A DNA stretch of 64,000 nt from a bacterium (GTDB lineage: Bacteria; Patescibacteriota; Minisyncoccia; Phycocordibacterales; UBA2100): the NCBI GenBank assembly GCA_030648265.1, contig JAUSHX010000010.1, forward strand, positions 26,253 through 90,252, read 5' to 3'. Below are positions 49,149 to 61,303 of this stretch, piece after piece (the stretch's first letter is position 1; every line of letters starts with the position of its first letter). The translations under genes and the position numbers were made by a program. The notes below the pieces were generated by a model that was given only the letters and a program-made list of their open reading frames with translations, searched no databases and had not been told where the DNA came from.

Positions 49149-50735
49149 CTACTTGCTACTGGCTACGGGCTGGGAGCCAAATAGCTCCCCGTGTGCCAGC
49201 CGGAACTCCTCAAGCGCGCGGTCCAGTTTCTTTTTCAGAGCTTCGGACATGACGCCAGACTTCCTTATTTCAGCAAGCTCTTTTGCATATTGACCATCTA
49301 CGAATTCAAGCAAAAGCGCCTCAACTTCGCTGACGCGCGTAATCGCGACGTCCGCAAAAAATTTCTTATCAGCAGCGTATAAAACGGCAACCTGCTTTTC
49401 AACAGAAATCGGCGAGCCGTTTCTCTGCTTCAGAATTTCAACCATTCTTCTGCCCGATTCAATTCTATCGGCAGTCATCTTGTCCAAGTCCTGCGCGAAT
49501 TGCATAAATGCTTCTAATTCTCGGAATTGCGCGAGAACCAGGCGCAAAGTGCCAGCCACTGACTTCATCGCTTTGGTCTGCGCGGCTGAACCCACGCGGG
49601 AAACGGAAATACCGACATCAATCGCAGGACGTACTCCTTTGTTGAACAGAGATGAGTCTAAGAATATCTGGCCGTCCGTAATTGAAATAACGTTAGTCGG
49701 AATGTATGTAGCAACATCGCCATCCTGTGTTTCAATAATAGGCAATGCGGTAAGGGAACCGCCGCCTTTTTCTTCGCTTAAACAAGCCGAGCGTTCAAGC
49801 AAGCGGGAGTGTAAATAGAAAATGTCGCCTGGATACGCCTCGCGTCCCGGCGGACGGCGCAAGAGCAAGGAAAGTTGGCGATACGCTGTCGCCTGTTTGG
49901 AAAGGTCGTCGTAAATCACGAGTACGTCTTGCCCGCGGTCCATGAAATATTCGCCCATGGCCACTCCCGCATACGGCGCCAAGAATTGCAGAGCCGCCGG
50001 CGTAGATGCCGGAGCGTCAACGATTATCGTATACGGCATCGCCCCCGCTTCCGTGAGCTGTTGAGCGATGCGCGCAGTTTTTGATTCCTTCTGACCGATA
50101 GCAACATAAATACAAATCGGCCGTTTCTCTGCCGGCTCGTTCTTCTGGTTGATTATCGTATCAATCGCAATCGTCGTCTTTCCCGTGGAGCGGTCGCCGA
50201 TGATGAGCTCGCGCTGTCCGCGCCCGATCGGAATCATGGAATCAATCGCTTTGATACCGGTCTGGAGCGGGACGGACACTGATTTTCTGTCTATGACTCC
50301 GTATGATTCCCGTTCAACGGGCATCATGGTCGCTTTTGTGAAAGGCCCTTTGCCGTCCAGCGGCTCGCCCAAGGCACTCACAACCCTGCCCAAAAGTTCG
50401 TCGCCGGAGGGAACTGAAAGAATCCTGCCGGTTGATTTGACTGTCATTCCTTCGTTCACTCGCGCGGAGTCGCCCAAAATCGTCGCCCGCACGCCATCCT
50501 CCTCCAAGTTGAGAACGAGACCGTGGAGAGCGCCGGCCGCTTCCATTCCCTTGGAAAGCGGCCTCCCCGCGGTTTCTTCAAACTGGATGATTTCACCCAT
50601 GACCGCGCGGGAAAGTCCGTCAATCGCAACAACACCGTCGCCGACAGACGTCACGCGCCCGACATGCTCCACACCCGCTTTCGGCGTATAGTGTTCAATT
50701 TCGTTTATTATCTTTTGTACGATTGATTGGTCCAT
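49149..50735 (-). CDS. atpA: ATP synthase alpha subunit
   Basis: [44 protein letters not shown]. Confidence 0.98.
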   Translation of the reverse strand: MDQSIVQKIINEIEHYTPKAGVEHVGRVTSVGDGVVAIDGLSRAVMGEIIQFEETAGRPLSKGMEAAGALHGLVLNLEEDGVRATILGDSARVNEGMTVKSTGRILSVPSGDELLGRVVSALGEPLDGKGPFTKATMMPVERESYGVIDRKSVSVPLQTGIKAIDSMIPIGRGQRELIIGDRSTGKTTIAIDTIINQKNEPAEKRPICIYVAIGQKESKTARIAQQLTEAGAMPYTIIVDAPASTPAALQFLAPYAGVAMGEYFMDRGQDVLVIYDDLSKQATAYRQLSLLLRRPPGREAYPGDIFYLHSRLLERSACLSEEKGGGSLTALPIIETQDGDVATYIPTNVISITDGQIFLDSSLFNKGVRPAIDVGISVSRVGSAAQTKAMKSVAGTLRLVLAQFRELEAFMQFAQDLDKMTADRIESGRRMVEILKQRNGSPISVEKQVAVLYAADKKFFADVAITRVSEVEALLLEFVDGQYAKELAEIRKSGVMSEALKKKLDRALEEFRLAHGELFGSQPVASSK

Positions 50736-50915
50736 ATTAGATTTTGTTACGAGCGAAACGAGTTAGAAAATCTTATACCCAGCACCTTTTAATTTTAAAA
50801 CGGCGTGTGGTGACTGAGTATACAGCATAAGTTAATTTTGATGAAAAAGATGGAGTTTACAGTGAAAGGTGCTGGGTCAAGAAAAACATAGTCACGGTGT
50901 TCCTTATTTTTCTAA
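50736..50915 (-). repeat. Palindromic element E7 filling the atpH-atpA junction
   Basis: Stem ACCCAGCACCTTT 50777-50789/50865-50877 (same as E3) with a 75-nt loop. The 3' arm is TAAGATTTTCTAACTCGTTTCGCTCGTAACAAAATCTAAT-ATG. Confidence 0.85.
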
Positions 50916-51293
50916 GACTCTTTCATATATATCCAGCAATTGTCTCTTGTAGCTCGCATCATGGAGAAGTTCACGGCCTTCCAGCCGCCAGCCGCCTATC
51001 AGATTCTCATCAATGTTTATTTTCACATCGTCCGTTTTGATTGTGGAATCCTTTAGCAGTTCTCTTGCCTCTTTGAGCGCGCGCTTTCCGTCGGCATAGC
51101 GCGCGACTTTCAGCACCACGACATTCTTTGCTTCCGCGCGAGCGGCAAGAAGCGAAAACGCCCGCGCAATTTTAGGCAGAAGACCGAGACGCCCGCGCGC
51201 GCCCAGCGCCTGACACAGCGTCTTCACTGCACCCCTGGGATTTGCCCCGTCTTCAATAATTCTCCACAGTGCTTGTGCATAGGCCTTGTCCAT
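50904..51293 (-). CDS. atpH: ATP synthase delta subunit (short)
   Basis: YAQAL..., IDENLIGG..., DAS...L. Lies between atpF and atpA. Confidence 0.8.
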   Translation of the reverse strand: MDKAYAQALWRIIEDGANPRGAVKTLCQALGARGRLGLLPKIARAFSLLAARAEAKNVVVLKVARYADGKRALKEARELLKDSTIKTDDVKINIDENLIGGWRLEGRELLHDASYKRQLLDIYERVLEK

Positions 51294-51367
51294 AATAATA
51301 GGTGGTAGGTTTTAGGGTATAGGGTTTAGTGAATTCTTAAAGGCATTTCTTTGCTAGTGGCTATACC

Positions 51368-51817
51368 CTAGTGGCTAGTTCCTTTCAATATTTTCTCCGC
51401 CGCAAGCATTGCAGCTCTCGTAATCTCTTTCTCGCTTTGCTTTATTGCCAGCCGTTTCGCTTCCTCCGCGCGCGCTGCCGCATCAGCGAGAACCCCCTGC
51501 GCCTGCGATTCCGCGGATTTTACGATTTCAGCGCCTTTCTCTTCGGCACGAGCTCGCGCAGTCTTTACAAGCGCCTCCGCCTCCCGCGAGGCGTCTCCCA
51601 TAATTCCGTCTCCCTTCTTTTGCGCTTCCGCAAGACTGCGCGCCGCCCTCTCCGCCGTCTTCACGCCTTCCGCGATTTTCTCCCGCCGTTCGTCTATCAT
51701 TTTCAGAACCGGCTTGTATAGGAAGTAGCTCAATATCGCCAAAAGGAGCGCAAAGTTAATCCCCTGCGCAAGCAGAAGCTTCCAATTGACGCCGAAGACT
51801 GAAAGAAGGGGTTCCAT
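51368..51817 (-). CDS. atpF: ATP synthase subunit b
   Basis: FG.NWKLL.AQ.INF.LL..IL..F.YKP....IDERR.KI..G, then a coiled coil. ATG at 51817. Confidence 0.92.
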   Translation of the reverse strand: MEPLLSVFGVNWKLLLAQGINFALLLAILSYFLYKPVLKMIDERREKIAEGVKTAERAARSLAEAQKKGDGIMGDASREAEALVKTARARAEEKGAEIVKSAESQAQGVLADAAARAEEAKRLAIKQSEKEITRAAMLAAEKILKGTSH

Positions 51818-51935
51818 CTTAGAATTTCTTATTGAGTGCGCGAGTTTAGAAATTCTTAGACCTAGCACCTTTGTTTCATAAAGAAACGAAGGTGCTGGGT
51901 TAAGTACAACTAATTCGCTACGCTCATAAGTCCTA

Positions 51936-51938
<3 letters not shown>
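51818..51938 (-). repeat. Palindromic element E8 filling the atpE-atpF junction
   Basis: Begins at the atpE TAG with TTATGAGCGTAGCGAATTA. ACCCAGCACCTT-type stem with two mismatches. Ends AAGAAATTCTAAG-ATG. Confidence 0.85.
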
Positions 51939-52238
<300 letters not shown>

Positions 52239-52637
52239 TCAATCCTTCGGTCTTAGCTTATTATCCCAAACCTTCGCTTCAAGACGAAGGAAAACGTCTC
52301 CTATTTCCTTGAATTCTGGTACGGAGTCTGGGTCTTGATGCAATCGTTTCCAACGCATAATCTCCTGACCAAGAATTTCCTTTGCTTTCTTTATTACATC
52401 TCCAAGCGGCATGTTTGGTTTGCTGTTCACGAATTCAATCATCCGTTTTGTTCTTTCTGACAGCATGCCTTTATGTATTTTCATCACTGATTCCACTGCC
52501 ATATGATCTCGCCATGCCTTCTCTGGATTGTCTTCCAGGTCAATGCCGACATTCGGATGTTCTCTCTTCCATTGAGCAAAAGAGGTGCCACGAAAAGTAT
52601 CTGAAACCGGTTTTATTTTATCCTGCTTCCCTGGCAT
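52239..52637 (-). CDS. Hypothetical protein inserted between atpB and atpE
   Basis: 132-aa ORF with no recognised motif. Confidence 0.55.
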   Translation of the reverse strand: MPGKQDKIKPVSDTFRGTSFAQWKREHPNVGIDLEDNPEKAWRDHMAVESVMKIHKGMLSERTKRMIEFVNSKPNMPLGDVIKKAKEILGQEIMRWKRLHQDPDSVPEFKEIGDVFLRLEAKVWDNKLRPKD

Positions 52638-52677
52638 ACATGAATAGTATTACGGCGTGCCAAGAAGTACAGTTTGG

Positions 52678-53421
52678 CTAATGTGCCTCGGTGATAGCAA
52701 TCTTTATAAAGAAGAGGGTCAAAAGCGCGAAAATCGCCGCTTGTATGAAGCCGACAAATACCTCAAACATCATAAGGGGCACCGGCAGGATATACGGCAC
52801 AAAATGGCTAACTACGAGAATCAGGACTTCCCCCGCGAAAATGTTGCCGAAAAGACGGAATGAGAAGGAAATCAATCGCGCGATTTCAGAGAACAGCTCA
52901 ATGATGCCTACGGCAAACCCCATTACCGATTTGAATGAGATGAATTTTTGCGAGTATTTAAATATGCCGATAGTTACAATACCGGTTATTTCAATTACCA
53001 AGAATGAAATGATTGCGAGCGCCAATGTCGCGTTCAGGTCTGTGTTTGCACTTCGGAAAAGCGGTGAAAATTCTCCGCCTCCGGCGGAAAAGAACCCGAC
53101 GCTTCCGATTCCTGGCGTGAACTCCAGCATGTTTGCTGTAAATACGAAAAGGAAGATGGTGAGGAGCAGGGGGAAGAATTTCCGCGCCATATCCCTGCTC
53201 TCAAGGATTTCAGCGATGTAGTCGTAGACGAAGCTGAAGAGCTCTTCCAGAAGCGTTTGGAAACGGCTCGGTATGAGTTTCACGTTTTTGCCGACAAAAT
53301 ATGCGAGCGTGCCAAGCACGATGATGACCGCCCAGCTCATGAGGAGCGTGTTGGTTATGGGAAGCCCCCACAGGTTGCCGATGACTTCCGGCGCCAGCGC
53401 AACTTTTATACCCTCTTCCAT
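52678..53421 (-). CDS. atpB: ATP synthase subunit a
   Basis: P.RFQ...E, N....PG, D.N.TLAL, SFRLFGN.FAGE, IQA.IF..L. ATG at 53421. Confidence 0.94.
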   Translation of the reverse strand: MEEGIKVALAPEVIGNLWGLPITNTLLMSWAVIIVLGTLAYFVGKNVKLIPSRFQTLLEELFSFVYDYIAEILESRDMARKFFPLLLTIFLFVFTANMLEFTPGIGSVGFFSAGGGEFSPLFRSANTDLNATLALAIISFLVIEITGIVTIGIFKYSQKFISFKSVMGFAVGIIELFSEIARLISFSFRLFGNIFAGEVLILVVSHFVPYILPVPLMMFEVFVGFIQAAIFALLTLFFIKIAITEAH

Positions 53422-53549
53422 TGCGCGACAGTTTAACACAGGTTATGCATCAAATTCCAGACGTCTCATTATGTTTGCTTTTCTGTTCTGAAGCCGTACA
53501 GTGGGCAGAGTTGTGGGAGCTGTTCCCACGTCACCAATTGAGGTGTAGC

Positions 53550-53795
53550 ATGCCAGGCATCAAAAGGTTTAAACTGACGAACTTTCCGCTCACGCCAGCA
53601 CAGAGTGAAGAATTTCACAGTAGCTTTGCGATCAAGATTCAACTGCTCAAGGGACATGAATATCTCGATATTAAAAAGGATAACGTGTACAGAGCGCACA
53701 TCAACGGGAGCGACAGGCCGCCGATAACTGTAAAGATTAAAAAGGTGTCCAAAGATGGCACCGTGGTGACCCTGGAGCGGAAGCGTCGTGGGTGA
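53550..53795 (+). CDS. Small hypothetical protein
   Basis: ATG 53550 preceded by SD-like GAGGTG; 81 aa. Confidence 0.4.
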   Translation: MPGIKRFKLTNFPLTPAQSEEFHSSFAIKIQLLKGHEYLDIKKDNVYRAHINGSDRPPITVKIKKVSKDGTVVTLERKRRG

Positions 53796-53857
53796 ACGAA
53801 TCCGCATTGCCGCCGGAGGCCGTCGTGCTCCCGGCGGTCTCTCATTTTCAGGTATGT

Positions 53858-54727
53858 CTAATTCTCAACAATCCACTTTTTTATTGCCGACGCGACTTGA
53901 ATCTCCTTCCCCCGAAAACTATGCGTGGCGCTCGGCACTATAAGTGTTTCCAGATTTGCGCCGGTATTCCTTTCAAACCACTCGGTGATTTTCCTCGCGG
54001 GCCTGTCCGCATATTCATCTTTCTCTGCCCACACGACGAACATGGGCAACATTACAGACTGCAATGTCCTCGGATTCTTTTTCGGTTGTTCGTAGGAAAA
54101 GATGGTTTCCGGACTGTCTGGCGTGTACAAACTTAGAAAACGCTGAGCGTCATTTATAAACGGCGTCTTATCAAGAGTCTTCGGCATTAGCTCATGCTTC
54201 TTGCCCGCCTTGATCATTGTCCTTGCAAACTTTACAGCTTTTGCCAATTGTCCGTTCTTATCATCTTTTTTTGCAGCGGCATAATCGCTGACCGGAGCGA
54301 GAAGAATTAGTCCGACAACGAGCGGCCGTTTCCGCAACTTCGACGCGTAATAAACAGATTTCTGACAACCTGTTGAATGACCGACAAGATAAATATTCTT
54401 TGCGCCCGTCCTTCGCGCAAAATTCACCGCTCCGCGGATATCGTCAACACAATCGGTGAATACTTCGTGGGCGCCGCCGGCCACGATTGCTCGCTTGTTT
54501 CTGCGCGCTTTGCTCACGATATCGTGTCCTCTGTTATTGAACGAGAGTACGGCAGTGTCCCGATTTATTATGAATGCTGGCAACTCCAGCGGCACGCGGC
54601 TGAAAATACTGCTTGCAAGACCGTGCACGATAATGAAAACGTTCCGAGCTTTCTTCGGCCCGAACCACAGACCGTTTAAAAGCACCCTCTTTGGTGTAAC
54701 AATTTCTATGGTTTCGCAGGAGGCCAT
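53858..54727 (-). CDS. Alpha/beta hydrolase (DUF1749-like)
   Basis: VHGL, NNRGHD, GHSTGCQK nucleophile elbow, LLAP.SD, A.HSF. Confidence 0.85.
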   Translation of the reverse strand: MASCETIEIVTPKRVLLNGLWFGPKKARNVFIIVHGLASSIFSRVPLELPAFIINRDTAVLSFNNRGHDIVSKARRNKRAIVAGGAHEVFTDCVDDIRGAVNFARRTGAKNIYLVGHSTGCQKSVYYASKLRKRPLVVGLILLAPVSDYAAAKKDDKNGQLAKAVKFARTMIKAGKKHELMPKTLDKTPFINDAQRFLSLYTPDSPETIFSYEQPKKNPRTLQSVMLPMFVVWAEKDEYADRPARKITEWFERNTGANLETLIVPSATHSFRGKEIQVASAIKKWIVEN

Positions 54728-54754
54728 GCGAATCAATATACCAGATATCAGGAA

Positions 54755-55321
54755 TTAATTTCTGACCGAGAGTGGCGTCGCAAACCCGACAGCTCGCATA
54801 AGTTCAATCTGGCTTTTCGGCATTTTCTTCACATCTACACGGCCTACGACGCGGATGCTCACGTTGCTGCACTTCCCTAGCGTTATGGCGGGGTTCATTG
54901 CTTTGCCTCCCACGCGCGCGGATACATCCGAATCAAAAAGAATGTCTATCTGGTTTCGTTTGCGCGAATGCATAGAGTCTGCAATGACGCGATAGCCGAT
55001 AAACGGTTCCACATTGGAAATTCCGCAATTGTCGGATGATGTCGCCGAAAACGGCACAACCTCTATGACCGTCCCGAACGGAAGCTCATCCGCAAGGTCA
55101 GCCGAGCGGGCGGCGACAATATCGGGATTAGAAAATGCACCGCTTGCCGTTGTGCTCGGTTCGCCATCGGTCTGTTCAGGGACGGCGTTATAGCCGGTCA
55201 TGGCAACAGAATACGTTTTGGGAGTTTCCACCTCCATGTCCGGTAAATTGACGGGGGTGTTGGTTAATGCGGAGCCGGACAAAAGAAATAGGCCCAAGGC
55301 CGTAGTAATTATTGAGTACAT
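54755..55321 (-). CDS. Secreted 3D-domain (MltA-like) protein
   Basis: Signal peptide; TGYN...QTD..P.TTASG, VAA, LPFGT, V.D.M..R....IDI. Confidence 0.75.
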   Translation of the reverse strand: MYSIITTALGLFLLSGSALTNTPVNLPDMEVETPKTYSVAMTGYNAVPEQTDGEPSTTASGAFSNPDIVAARSADLADELPFGTVIEVVPFSATSSDNCGISNVEPFIGYRVIADSMHSRKRNQIDILFDSDVSARVGGKAMNPAITLGKCSNVSIRVVGRVDVKKMPKSQIELMRAVGFATPLSVRN

Positions 55322-55429
55322 ATGTGATGCAGGGGAACTTCCTCTACGCTTTCCATACTAGCATACCTGACCCGATTTGTCAATGGGCTTATGTGGCCCA
55401 ACAGAGCCGTATAATATGCGTGACGTACC

Positions 55430-55472
55430 CAAGGTCTCACCTTAAATACCGAATCCCAAAGGTGAGACCTTG
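55430..55472. repeat. REP-like hairpin, copy 1
   Basis: CAAGGTCTCACCTT-AAATACCGAATCCCA-AAGGTGAGACCTTG. Homologous to 57860-57900. Confidence 0.7.
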
Positions 55473-55518
55473 AGGATTTTCCCTCTACACCCTATTCGCT
55501 AGTCGCTAAACGCTGTCT

Positions 55519-56832
<1,314 letters not shown>

Positions 56833-56923
56833 TTATAAATCACTCGTATATGATAAGAGTCTCAGTGCCGCGCCACCGAGACTCTTTTCATCCTTTCCGG
56901 TTGGACAATAGTTTCTCGAAAGA

Positions 56924-57223
56924 CTACCTCTTCGGTAGCCTCCATGCCCGCATTTTGCGCGCCTGAGATTGACCTTCTATCTCCTGAACGATGACATCGG
57001 CTCCAAGCGGCCGATCAAGCATTCGGAACTCCTCGGATGACACGGGGGTGAGGCCCTCGTATATCTTCAATGCAGGGTTTCTGTGCATAAACTTTACTTT
57101 TTTCGTTGCCTGGTTCAGGGCGTGTCGCAACTTCATATACGCTGGGCAGTCCATACTGTATGCCCTTCCCGCGCCAAGAGGAACAACCAAAAGAGTTTTC
57201 ATGATGCCGTTCGTGCCGTTCAT
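56924..57223 (-). CDS. Hypothetical protein
   Basis: 99-aa ORF with SD-like GGAGG upstream; start uncertain. Confidence 0.4.
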   Translation of the reverse strand: MNGTNGIMKTLLVVPLGAGRAYSMDCPAYMKLRHALNQATKKVKFMHRNPALKIYEGLTPVSSEEFRMLDRPLGADVIVQEIEGQSQARKMRAWRLPKR

Positions 57224-57435
57224 GATGATGCCTCCATTTGCCGTTGGAAAAAGATAACTGAAGCATGCAAAGTCCGATTAAAGGCCTCAAATCAGGCTCT
57301 CTATGCTTCAGCAATCTCCGTTTGTATGACAAGGAACAACAAACTCAATACTTAAAGACCACGGGGCAAACATACTGCATTTTTGATTTTTTGCCAATAC
57401 GGGGGTTAATTCTAGTAGAATATCCGCTTGTTTAT

Positions 57436-57472
57436 AAAAAAGCTACCGGCCACGCGAGGGGCGGCCGGTAGC
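57436..57472 (-). terminator. Probable intrinsic terminator
   Basis: GCTACCGGCC/GGCCGGTAGC stem followed by a U-run on the - strand, downstream of ORF 57492-57719. Confidence 0.55.
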
Positions 57473-57491
57473 GATTGCGAGTGATGCTCGC

Positions 57492-57719
57492 TCACCCGGA
57501 TGTTTTCTTTGCGTTCCGGATAAAGCGACCCGAAAATCCGGGGCATTCCGCCAAAGCGTCCAGAACCGTTTTCGGTGGAGGCGTCACCCAAATTGCGGGT
57601 GGCGAGCGATCCTCGGATGCCCCGCGGAAAGGTAACATGCTGAACTCCTGCGATTGTTGAACCAGGGCACGCTCGCGCCCCTCCCTCTCCGGCGTTGTAG
57701 CCGATGTCAACTTTGCCAT
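57492..57719 (-). CDS. Small hypothetical protein
   Basis: 75-aa ORF with SD AAGGAG and a downstream terminator. Confidence 0.45.
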   Translation of the reverse strand: MAKLTSATTPEREGRERALVQQSQEFSMLPFRGASEDRSPPAIWVTPPPKTVLDALAECPGFSGRFIRNAKKTSG

Positions 57720-57859
57720 TTGCGCTCTCCTTTAATTACGTTTATCGGTCGTACCCGACCTCAACGATGTTCTGTAAAGGTCAGGCAGACCGTAACGTAT
57801 CACAACGGCTCGTTTTGTAAATCCTTTTCGTGGGGATTATTCCTTTGGAGAAAATACTC

Positions 57860-57900
57860 AAGGCCTCACCTCAAATACAGAATCCCCGAGGAGAGGCCTT
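57860..57900. repeat. REP-like hairpin, copy 2
   Basis: AAGGCCTCACCTC-AAATACAGAATCCCC-GAGGAGAGGCCTT. Confidence 0.65.
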
Positions 57901-57970
57901 AGAATGCGTGACACCTCGCACATGCTGAGGAGTCACCTCGGGAATTCCTCTAAACGCTAAACGCTATTCG

Positions 57971-58927
57971 CTATATCTCTAGTTTCTCCCCGTATGATTT
58001 TTTGTACCTCTCCGCGACTTCCTGAATCGTGAAACGGTGCGTTTGCGTGCCGTAGGTTTCCACCGCATACGCGGCCACGACACTGCCGAGCTTCGCGCAC
58101 GATTCCAGCGGCAGCGCGAGCATCATTCCTTTGATGAACCCGGCGCGGTATGCGTCGCCCGCGCCCGTCGGGTCTTCCTCATTCTTTACAGGGGTCGCTT
58201 CTATTTTCCACTCGCCATCCTTTGTTAAGACTCTGGAGCCCTTCGCGCCGTATGTGATGACCAGATTTGTGACGCGCTCAAGTATCGGACCGTCCGCCCA
58301 TCCTGTTTTCTGCGCGATGAGGCCAAGTTCGTAGTCGCTGGCAAATAGTGTATGCGCGCCGGTAATTCCGTCCATAAGTTGGCCGGCGGTCAAGGCGGAA
58401 ATCTGCTGTCCGGGGTCATAGCAATAACGCATTCCCTTCCTCCTGAAATACGACGGCAGAGTCGTCATATCTTTTGTATTTCCGGGTGAAATAATCGCAA
58501 GCGCGCGCCCATCCGTCTCCACTGGCGTATCATACGGAAACTTCCCCGCGCCAGGATGAAACGCGCTGATTTGGTTATCGCCTTTATCCGTGAATACAAC
58601 AGCCGACGCCGTAAGTTCGCCTTCCACGACTTTGATTGACGTCGGATCAACGCCGGAAAGCAAAAGGTGCGAGCGGTACGGGCCGAAATCGGTGCCTGCT
58701 GTCGCGATTATTTCGGGCGATTCGCGGAGAAGCGCCAGATTGTAGGCGATATTGCCAGCCGTACCGCCGAATTCTACGGAGAGTTTGTCCACAAGAAAAC
58801 TCAAATTGATGCTGTGTATCTTGTCCGGCACAATGTGCTCGGCGAACAAGCCGCCATAATCCATAATGCGATCAAACGCAACTGAACCGGATACGATTAT
58901 CTTTCTCTTGATATTTTCTTCTGCCAT
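57971..58927 (-). CDS. PfkB-family kinase (adenosine kinase-like)
   Basis: GS.AFDRIM, GGTAGNIAY, DPGQQ, DPTGAGDAYRAGF. Confidence 0.88.
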   Translation of the reverse strand: MAEENIKRKIIVSGSVAFDRIMDYGGLFAEHIVPDKIHSINLSFLVDKLSVEFGGTAGNIAYNLALLRESPEIIATAGTDFGPYRSHLLLSGVDPTSIKVVEGELTASAVVFTDKGDNQISAFHPGAGKFPYDTPVETDGRALAIISPGNTKDMTTLPSYFRRKGMRYCYDPGQQISALTAGQLMDGITGAHTLFASDYELGLIAQKTGWADGPILERVTNLVITYGAKGSRVLTKDGEWKIEATPVKNEEDPTGAGDAYRAGFIKGMMLALPLESCAKLGSVVAAYAVETYGTQTHRFTIQEVAERYKKSYGEKLEI

Positions 58928-58932
58928 ATACG

Positions 58933-60003
58933 TTATGCCGCTGGGTACAGTTCCTTAATTTCTTTTGCGAGATAGGGATTCCACATGGCGCCTGTGGCCG
59001 TCATAACGACATCCGCTCCCACTTCACGATACTCTTTGAAATCCGCGGGCACCGTGACGCCGCCACAGCCGATAATTCCATAGTGCAGATTCAGTTCTTC
59101 GCGTAGCGCTTTTAGCCGGCGCGTCATGTCAAGCCCCGCCCACTTTACCGCGTGCCCGCAAATCCCGCTTTTGACGCGATGCGCACCCGGAAGCGCCTGC
59201 GTGCCGTCGGGATTTACCACGGGCGCGGGAATCGTATTAATCGCCGAGTAGCCATCTACAATGTTTCCCGTTTCTTTTACGAGCTCGCGCAGTTCCTTTT
59301 CGCCGAAATATGCGATTTTAATAACGAGGGGCGTGTCGCCGATTTTGTTTTTTATCGCGCTGGCTACGAGCTTCACTTTCGGAACATCAAAACACAGCAA
59401 TTGTGCCGCACCCTCGTTGGGACAACTGAAATTCGTCTCAACAACTTTAACGCCCGTGCTTTTTATCATCTCCGCGCCGCGCACCCAATCATTGATGTAG
59501 TCCTCCGCGGAAAATCCATCCCACTTCGTGCCTTCAAAACTGCACATCACGAGCTGGCCCTGTTTTGCGTACGCTACCGATTCGCGCAAATCTTTCATCC
59601 ACACATCGGATTCATATGAGGGGTTGCCGAACGAATTTGTGATGGAGAGCGGTTCTTTATATTCGTTGCGGACGATTATCGGCTTTTGTGCCATCTCAAG
59701 CGTGAGGTCATCTTTGATATCGGCACCCAATACATTCGGCCACTCGTTGCACGCGCGGACACGGCTTCGGACTGTCTTGTGAACCGGCACGTCAAAACCT
59801 TTGTCCAATGCCGCTTTCACGAATTTCCCGTTAAGAAGAGGCCCCGCCGGAATTCCGAGCGGATAGGAAAGCTTCTGTCCGAGAAAATCAAACTGCGGTT
59901 TTCCCGCGGGCAATACTACGCCATCGGCAAAACCGTTAAACGGACCTTGTTCCCAATTTTCTTCATACGTTTTATTCGGGTCAAAAAAAGGCTCCTGTAA
60001 CAT
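58933..60003 (-). CDS. Dihydroorotate dehydrogenase-like FMN oxidoreductase
   Basis: P.GIPAGP, KT, NS.G.PS, E.NFSCPN, K, INT, SG..G, IIG.GGV. ATG 60003 follows TATAGT. Confidence 0.75.
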   Translation of the reverse strand: MLQEPFFDPNKTYEENWEQGPFNGFADGVVLPAGKPQFDFLGQKLSYPLGIPAGPLLNGKFVKAALDKGFDVPVHKTVRSRVRACNEWPNVLGADIKDDLTLEMAQKPIIVRNEYKEPLSITNSFGNPSYESDVWMKDLRESVAYAKQGQLVMCSFEGTKWDGFSAEDYINDWVRGAEMIKSTGVKVVETNFSCPNEGAAQLLCFDVPKVKLVASAIKNKIGDTPLVIKIAYFGEKELRELVKETGNIVDGYSAINTIPAPVVNPDGTQALPGAHRVKSGICGHAVKWAGLDMTRRLKALREELNLHYGIIGCGGVTVPADFKEYREVGADVVMTATGAMWNPYLAKEIKELYPAA

Positions 60004-60021
60004 GCGCGTCACTATACCACC

Positions 60022-60651
60022 CTAAGTTAAACTTATCCCCAGCTCCTTCAAATCAGCCTTCAGTTGCTCGTTACTCTTAAACAGAACCGGGATGTATCCG
60101 ATTTCATCGGCTTTTTCCAGACTCCTCGGCGTGTCATCTATAAAGACTACTTCCTCGGGTTTGAGTCCCAGTTTCTCAAACAATACTTGAAACGCCTCTT
60201 TGTGAGGCTTCTGGTGTCCTATCTCGCCGGAAATAACGAGGACATCGGCCAGCTCCAACAAGCCCAGTTCTTTCAACCGTTCTCTCAACAAAGAATTTGA
60301 GTTGCTGAAAATCCCGGTCTTCAATCCCGACTTCTTTAATTGAGGAAAGTATGAGAGCAATTCAGTGTTGATAGTTCTCTGTAAGGCCTTATCGCGTATT
60401 ATCTTCCTGACCTCATGCTCTTTCGCTTTGTCTGTATTGAAAACAGAAATAACCCTGAGGAGCATGTCTTCCCATGTGATATTTTTAACATTGGCCAGAT
60501 GATTATGCTGAAAGTAGGTAGCTCTGAAGTCGCCGATCGGGATACCAAGGTGCGTGGCAATAGCCGGCAAAAGACCTCCTCCCTCGTACAACTCAATAAC
60601 CCCGCCGAAATCAAACGCAACGGCCTTGATTCTGTTTTTGTCCGGCGGCAT
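60022..60651 (-). CDS. HAD-family phosphatase
   Basis: FDFGGV, SN, KP...AF, FIDD. Probable ATG at 60651. Confidence 0.85.
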   Translation of the reverse strand: MPPDKNRIKAVAFDFGGVIELYEGGGLLPAIATHLGIPIGDFRATYFQHNHLANVKNITWEDMLLRVISVFNTDKAKEHEVRKIIRDKALQRTINTELLSYFPQLKKSGLKTGIFSNSNSLLRERLKELGLLELADVLVISGEIGHQKPHKEAFQVLFEKLGLKPEEVVFIDDTPRSLEKADEIGYIPVLFKSNEQLKADLKELGISLT

Positions 60652-60655
60652 GACG

Positions 60656-61243
60656 TTACATTTCCGGACTGAATAATTTTCGTAGTTCCTCTTTCTTTCC
60701 GGCATTGAATTTTGCTTCGCGTAACGCAGGAATAATCTCGTTTTCTCTAAATCTGTCATTTGTGCCCATCTCCAGAAATTCATCAAACGTCATGGGCTTA
60801 AGAGTGATTTTCTCCCCCGCATCAAGGTGAATGTCTGCAACTTTCTTTAGCCCTTTTGCAATAAATGTGTAAATAGCCCAGTCAATTTTACCGATTGGCT
60901 GTTGTGAATCCCACAATATAAATTTCTCCGCCTCGTATCCGCTTTCCTCTAGAAGTTCTCTTTTTGCCGCTTCAAGAATTCCCTCTCCCTCGTCCACTCG
61001 TCCGCCCGTGGCACCAATGAAAGGCTCTTTTCCCGGCTGTTCCTGCTCTGTCAAAATAATTCTGCCATCGGGGAGCACGGGGTATACGACAACGGTGTCC
61101 GGCCGTTTTAATTTCTCAAAAATCTCGGTCGTGCCGTCAAACATTTCTTGCTCCCACTGGTACACGTCAAAAATCTGCCCCCTGAATACCCGCTTTGCGT
61201 GAGGGGGAATCGGTTGCGTTGATTTTGGCCGTTCTATGTCCAC
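60656..61243 (-). CDS. NUDIX hydrolase (ADP-ribose pyrophosphatase-like)
   Basis: GGRVDEGE..LEAAKRELLEESG Nudix box; LDAGEKI. GTG start. Confidence 0.88.
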   Translation of the reverse strand: MDIERPKSTQPIPPHAKRVFRGQIFDVYQWEQEMFDGTTEIFEKLKRPDTVVVYPVLPDGRIILTEQEQPGKEPFIGATGGRVDEGEGILEAAKRELLEESGYEAEKFILWDSQQPIGKIDWAIYTFIAKGLKKVADIHLDAGEKITLKPMTFDEFLEMGTNDRFRENEIIPALREAKFNAGKKEELRKLFSPEM

Positions 61244-61303
61244 GCGCCAAGTATATCAGTTTGAATGTCCAACTCCTGTTGAGCAGGGGTCCTATTGGAT
61301 TTT